From Macrostomum lignano (lineage: Eukaryota), in contig NIVC01000583.1 in the NCBI GenBank assembly GCA_002269645.1, positions 186,001-250,000 on the forward strand: a stretch of 64,000 nucleotides of DNA. Reading direction: 5' to 3'. Every line of letters begins with the position of its first letter. Positions within the stretch are counted from its first letter, which is position 1. The notes beneath the pieces are model-generated. The model ran no database searches and was not told the origin of the DNA. It saw only the letters and a program-made list of their open reading frames with translations. The translations under genes were made by a program, and so were the position numbers. Below, piece by piece: positions 58,035-64,000 of this stretch.

Positions 58035-58453
58035 CAGGGGTCGGCAAAGTTTTTTTAACCTCAAGGGCAGAGCTAGAGCAGAGGAGGTGACATAGGAGAT
58101 TTTCAGAAGGAATAGAGAAGAGAGAATAAGATGAGAGAGGCGAGGGAATAAATGAGAGGAGAGGAGGGGAAAGGAGAGGAGAGGAGGGGAGAGGAGAGGA
58201 GAGGAGGGGAGAGGAGAGGAGAGGAGGGGAGAGGAGAGGAGAGGAGGGGAGAGGAGAGGAGAGGAGGGGAGAGGAGAGGAGAGGAGAGCAGAGGAGAGGA
58301 GAGGAGAGGAGATTATTAGAGGGAAGAGAGCTGAGAAGAGACAAACCTTGAGCGGACGGGATTGCTATTGGGAAGTTTCAAAGGACGCGGGGGCCGGATT
58401 AGAGAGGCCTCGCGGGCCCCATTGGCCCGTGTGCCGGAGTTTTCCAGTCCCTA
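58035..58453. mobile_element. Old hAT-like MITE carrying a GA-rich microsatellite (58110-58320)
   Basis: Left CAGGGGTCGGCAAA versus reverse complement of the right end TAGGGACTGGAAAA; subterminal GCGGGCC/GGCCCG motifs; degenerate 8-bp flanks (TTTTAAGG/TGTCAGGG). Confidence 0.5.
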
Positions 58454-58977
58454 TGTCAGGGGATTGATAACAAGAACGTTAAAAATTCGCTAATGAAGAT
58501 AAACACAGAGAAGGATGCCAAAAGCGGTTCATGGATCACTAAAGTCTCAAGTGTCGTCGTTGCACTCGCAAATTGTGCAATTTATTTTTTTATTTGGTTA
58601 AATTCAAAAGAAACTCAGTTAGCAGAAAGATTTATACTTGCATTGCACGCAAAATCAAAGAGCCAGTCGAAGCACTGAGGTGCCAATCCAGACATCCGAT
58701 AAAAGTTTGTGTGGAGAGGTAGGCGAGTGATTAAACACCTGCATTGAAAAGTTATTAGCCATGATAAATTTGCATATAAGTTTAGAAAATTTTCTATTTT
58801 CATTGTTATCGGTGCATCAAAAGGGGCCAAGTATATCAGCAGGAAAGAATGGTGGTCATTATCCCGTGCCTCGTCAGTTAATTCGCCTTTTAATTAGTTT
58901 ACTGCTGGAAGTTTGGGCACGCTAGCACTAATCACTAACTGTCTGTACGCTCGTAACTCACGCATTCACGCAGACCC

Positions 58978-61443
58978 TCAATTATCGACAGGCCGTTTGT
59001 CGTTGGCAAGCAGCAGCACAGTGTAGTACGTGAAACAGGCAATGGAAATAAACTGGCACCCGGCAATGGCAATGCCCCCGTACACGTAGCAGGCCTGAAC
59101 GATGCACTCCAGCTCCTTGGGCGCCGTTGAGTTGGCGGCAGTGTCGACTTGAAAAGAGGCAAGAAAGTTTTATATCGAAAGATTGGTACGAAAATTTGCT
59201 CTTCAATTTGTCAATGTCGTATTCACAGTGTACACAGTGAAGTGTACATTGAAGTGTACAGTGTACACAGTGAAGTGTACATTGAAGTGTACAGTGTACA
59301 CAGTGAAGTGTACATTGAAGTGTACAGTGTACACAGTGAAGTGTACATTGAAGTGTACAGTGTACACAGTGAAGTGTACATTGAAGTGTAAGTGTACACA
59401 GTGAAGTGTACAGTGTACACAGTGAAGTGTACATTGAAGTGTACAGTGTACACAGTGAAGTGTACAGTGTACACAGTGAAGTGTACATTGAAGTGTACAG
59501 TGTACACAGTGAAGTGTACATTGAAGTGTACAGTGTACACAGTGAAGTGTACATTGAAGTGTACAGTGTACACAGTGAAGTGTACATTAAAGTGTACAGT
59601 GTACACAGTGAAGTGTACATTAAAGTGTACAGTGTACACAGTGAAGTGTACATTGAAGTGTACAGTGTACACAGTGAAGTGTACATTGAAGTGTACAGTG
59701 TACACAGTGAAGTGTACATTGAAGTGTACAGTGTACACAGTGAAGTGTACATTGAAGTGTACAGTGTACACAGTGAAGTGTACATTGAAGTGTACAGTGT
59801 ACACAGTGAAGTGTACATACCTGATGATAAATAAAGTTAGGGCCGCTGTACACTCCTGTGTGAGTGTGTGCCTGTGCGTATGACTGCGTACGTATCCGCG
59901 CGCTTGTGTGCCTGCTCAGGGGAGTCGGCGGAATGGGCAGCCATGCCTCTCGCCGGTTGTGGGACAATTTCGCTTAAAGTGCGCCAGGGTGCACGCACCT
60001 CCTCCGCCTCTAATAATAAAATACAAAGAAGTTTTGATCCTGTGAACTTTTGAGCTTGTGAAAGATTCTGCTAGACTATTTGTGCAGTGCCTGGGCTATT
60101 TGATTAAACACAGTAGGACTATCATCTTGTGGCTCACTGTAAATCCACTGCACATGGCTATCGTAGAGCGCACCGAACTGCAGCATCAGTAACAGGGTGA
60201 CAAAACAGCCGAACAGCAAACAGGCAGAGTAGAGACGGCCAAACAGGTGAACAGGCTCAGTCTGCCAGATAATCACGGGTAGCAACAAAAACAATATTGC
60301 GCCTACAGAGCTTGCTAGGACATAAGCCGACATGGTGACGCCCAGCGGCGACACACCAGGTGCCAATGGCAGGCAGAGCAACAGCACCATCGGGGCACCA
60401 AAGCAGACGATGCAGGCCAGTAGGATGACGGACCGCTGGCTGGCGTGCGGCATGTAGCGGTCGGTGAGCGGGCCGATGAAAAGGCGCAAAACGATGGCGG
60501 AGATATTTCCAATCCAGAAGTAATACACATCGTATGCTGTCAGCGACAGACTTCGAGTGATGCTTGTCAAGTTGAGGAAGCTCGTCATGTACGGCCCTAT
60601 CGACAGAGCAATGCCAAACAGTAGGGACAGGAAGCGAGTGGACCAGCAGATGCTCAGAAATTCCCGCGTTTGAGTCGGGTAATCATTTTTAGCCAAGTTT
60701 GCTTTCGATGGCTGCTCACCATCAGCTTTATCGTTGTCTGTAGGCGATTCTGTGCTCCATTCCGCCTGTCCCCCAAGGACAGGCGTCGTTTCAGACGGGC
60801 CCTCCGCATCCAGCTCAGAGTCGATTGGGGCCAAGAAAAAATAGGAAAGAATGTGAACCGACAGAGTAAACATTAGGAGCACGGCTAGAGTGCCTACTGG
60901 GCTTTGGTTTCTGACACTGCGATGCATGTTGTCAAAGACGACGTAGTAGACAAAGGCTACAGTCAGCGGGCCCAGACTAAAAAATTTGTCCAACATCATC
61001 ATTATGAACCCTCGTTGGCTCAATGAGAAGCTGCTCATGCAGCAGCTTACAGCAGCCACAACGCTGTAGTTGAAGCTGTGGCCGTACAGCAACAGCAGGA
61101 TGCACAGCAGCCACACGTGTTGTCGCAGTGGCTCAGGGTGCGCCATGGCCATGGCTACGCAGGAAGTTGTCAGCGAGGAGAAAATGCCGCCAAAAACGAC
61201 CGATGCCCTTGCACCAAAACGATCATAGAGTAGTCCACTAAGCATAATGAATATGTCTCCTAAAAATATGGACGCGATGCTGAATTCGAGCTGGCGCTGG
61301 TTGAGTCCATAGCTCCATTTCATGAAGTTGGCGTAGACGACGACAGAGAGGGACTGGCCGGCAAGAAGTTTGATTAGACAGGCGCAAACCAGTAGCAGCC
61401 ACTGGCGTTTATTAGCGTTTGAACCGAGGGATAAGTGCTGCAT
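58978..61443 (-). CDS. MFS transporter, nodulin-like/Mch1-like family, paralog 2. Exons: 61443-60138, 59147-58978
   Basis: Colinear with paralog 1 (GLLYDRFGAR, GPLTDRY, LYDSHVQW, ECIVQACY); same late phase-1 intron; stop TGA at 58978-58980. Confidence 0.85.
59226..59818. repeat. Intronic minisatellite, 33-bp unit AGTGTACAGTGTACACAGTGAAGTGTACATTGA
   Basis: About 18 copies; source of the MYTSLCTLYTS-type ORFs in all six frames. Confidence 0.96.
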
Positions 61444-61937
61444 TATCTCTCTGTTGAGCTTTGAAATTATTTTACTGCATGCGCCGAAATTCCTCAGTGT
61501 GCTCTCTGCTCCTTCAGCGATTTTAGACAGAGCATGTTATAATGTCTCTATTGAATGACTTTGCACCAAACGACCAGCTGCTTTTTTAACTAGCTAATGT
61601 ACGCATACGTACGTACATTCTCGCTTCAATAACTCCATTTCAGATAATATATCCGTTCGATTCTTTACAACTACCAAACGTATCTTGAATGCAGTTTGTA
61701 GAATAGCTTAGAAAGAGTTTCAATTTCAATGGTAAAAATTTTAAATACAGGGCGGGGCGTATTCCTTTTCTTATCTTTAGAGAGCACGCACAGAAGCGCT
61801 TGACCATGCAAGTGCTTGGCTAATAAGTAGTAGTTTACGAGTTTATATAAATTCAACAGCTAGGCAATCATTTCCATTCATACATGTAGGACAGACGGAT
61901 AAGTAGAGCATCATGAAAAAGCACGAACGGGCTCAGT

Positions 61938-62245
61938 CAGGATGTTGCCATGGATTTTATGATGGGGGGGGGAGACAGCCAAGAGTTCCGGATGTACATG
62001 TCTGAATTCCTACGTATACATTATTTTGAGCATGGTTTTTGTGCGCCGTAGGCATGCAGGCACTCATTTTACCGCCGCATGAACTCATTTTGGCGCCGCA
62101 GGCACTCATTTTAGCGCCACAGGCACTCAATTTGGGTCCGCAGACACTAATTTTGGCGCCAAAAATCGCTATCTTTTGGCGCTCTGAAGCAAAACTATTG
62201 ATTTCCACAAGGGGTCACACCCCTCCCCCCCAGTGGCGACGCCTA
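61938..62245. mobile_element. Possible degenerate hAT-like MITE with internal ~21-26-bp repeats (GCAGGCACTCATTTTAGCGCC)
   Basis: Imperfect termini CAGGATGTTGCCA versus reverse complement TAGGCGTCGCCA, G/C runs next to both ends, partially matching 8-bp flanks. Confidence 0.35.
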
Positions 62246-63529
62246 GGAGCTGTCTTTTAAACTGCTCAAGCCCGGGAGCAGAAATATACTGAGCAATGAG
62301 GACTATACTAAAAAAGTACCTGCTACGCTTTAAGAGTTAAGAGCTTCGATCGTGAGCAGTTTGGGGGAAGGAATTATGAGAGCAGGGGAAAGGCGAGAAA
62401 GCCTTAGCGAGGCGGATCGAACTATTAGACTTTGCTTTGGGAAGGGTTTAGCAAACTTTCTTGAGCTCCTGCGCACTGTCTCTGGCTGTACGAGTGTACA
62501 CCCAGTAAGAGCAGAGCGGGGTTGGCTGCCTACCTGGGCTGGAGCTGGCCAAAGAAGAGTAGATGAGGATCGGGGGAAGCTGTGTGCCTTGAGCCTAACT
62601 AGCTGGAGCTCCCGGAGCCTAATCGGTTGCAAGGGCAAACGGACAGAGTTGACTGACCTTCAACTGGAGCTCTCTTGGCAGCGCCCATCAACAACAATCA
62701 CAGGATAATAATAGCCCAGCTATTCTTACCCTTTTCACCGCTCACCTGATTTCTTTTTTCTCTTTCCCAGAGTCTCCAGGCGGTCTGAATCCTGTGCCCT
62801 CCATCTCCAGTTTAATTGTTGGCGGCCGGCACAGTGAATAGCATTGTCAGCGTCTGCATAAAAATCGACCTTAAAGAAAAGAGAAAAAGAGGGTATAGGA
62901 GGGAGAGAAAAACCTCATTGAGACTTGAAACCGGAGGCGGGCTCGCCATCAGTGAAGCGTCTCTGACGGCCTCCTCCCTGCAGCTCCTTCCCCTTCCCTT
63001 TCTTTCTACCCTTGTCCTGCACACAACTCACTGCTTTGAAGACTCTTTTTTATTGCTAAGAGACTGAAAGACACGCTCGTATATAATGGACCTTCGCAAC
63101 AGAGGCATAAGAGAGCAAAGCTGAGCTGGGATGCTTGCTCACCCAGCCACTTGTCACAGAAGCGCCTCTTAACTGCGTCCTTTATAAGCAAGCAATAAAT
63201 CAAATTCCGCTTCTACCATCAAGGTAAGTCTAAACAGGCATTCCTAGAAAATGAGAAATCAATATTTGAATATATTTGAAAATGAAATAAACCCCTTCAT
63301 TGTTTCTTGTCTTGACCTCATTCGTGTGGCCAGCATTCGTACTCAAAATTTTTCATGAAGCTGTTCGAGTAGTTCTTATCTCGATTCCCCATGGTTTGAA
63401 AAGCCCTGCTTTCTCCCTTCACTGGCTTCGGGACACCTTCGATCGAGACAGGACAAGGAGTGCATGCTAAATTAAAAGAATGGCAATGTTCACTGCCCCC
63501 AGATCAAATACAGTCATTGATTATGTGAT

Positions 63530-63640
63530 GAAAAAAAGATTTTTCCGATCTCCGCAGTGTATTTTTTCCAGGAAATAGGCCTCCAAATATTACCCGAATT
63601 TTGAGTTTTTACGTCCTGTTATACTACAGAGGTCCTTGGT
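63530..63640 (-). repeat. Dispersed repeat, copy 2 (see 13253-13361)
   Basis: The reverse complement aligns by eye with 13253-13361, with substitutions and indels. Confidence 0.7.
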
Positions 63641-64000
63641 TCGGGAATATGCTAACATCCTTGGTGGTAGCTAATAGGCGTTCTAGATAGCGCTTCAGGA
63701 TAGCGTTGTCCACATGTCCTGCCCGAGCTCTCTAAACATGTACATAAAAGTGAAAAAGACTTCATCTTGCCGATTTTCTTTCTTCGTTCATCACTTGAAA
63801 TATTTTCGTCCTGAAACAGTCGTCACTCTTCAGATTGACCTTTCTCTTAAGTGAGCTGGGCTGCTCACACGCATTGAATTTGATCCATGGATGCACAGAA
63901 GGGACGATGAAAAGGTGGAAAAAGTGTATCTCATAATATCTGCTTTTGGGACGCGAAAATATTGCGCAATATGCAGCGTGCTTGTCATAAAAGCGTGCAA

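Noticed and set aside
62330-63203. Short ORFs near the window end
   Set aside because: No recognisable motifs or splice-linked continuation; left unannotated.

Overview
Eukaryotic (animal) genomic DNA with GC-rich spliced exons and introns often filled by minisatellites. This style resembles the free-living flatworm Macrostomum, but that is an inference. Seven host genes were reconstructed by hand from splice sites and reading phase: the 3' part of a TRPA1-like channel (+, 1656-10260), a secreted PAN-like + fibrinogen-domain protein (-, 11084-12114), CCAR1/DBC1-like (-, 15070-20679), a rhodopsin-class peptide-receptor-like GPCR (-, 31662-33044), a DEG/ENaC channel (+, 35631-53911) and two tandem nodulin/Mch1-like MFS transporters (-, 55372-57143 and 58978-61443). 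The standout structure lies inside the DEG/ENaC gene. A LOA/R1-like non-LTR retrotransposon (element A, 37051-48809) is flanked by a 993-bp direct duplication of host DNA (36058-37050 = 48810-49802). A second, intact relative (element B, 40092-45486) is nested in A and flanked by a 476-bp duplication of A (39616-40091 = 45484-45960). Both duplications have exact target-site-duplication geometry but are tens of times longer than typical non-LTR TSDs. The outer one regenerates the exon that the insertion interrupted. Also present are hAT MITEs, internally deleted Tc1/IS630-like and mariner elements, two tRNA-derived SINE copies and many minisatellites. Most short ORFs in the supplied track are artefacts of repeats or antisense frames.
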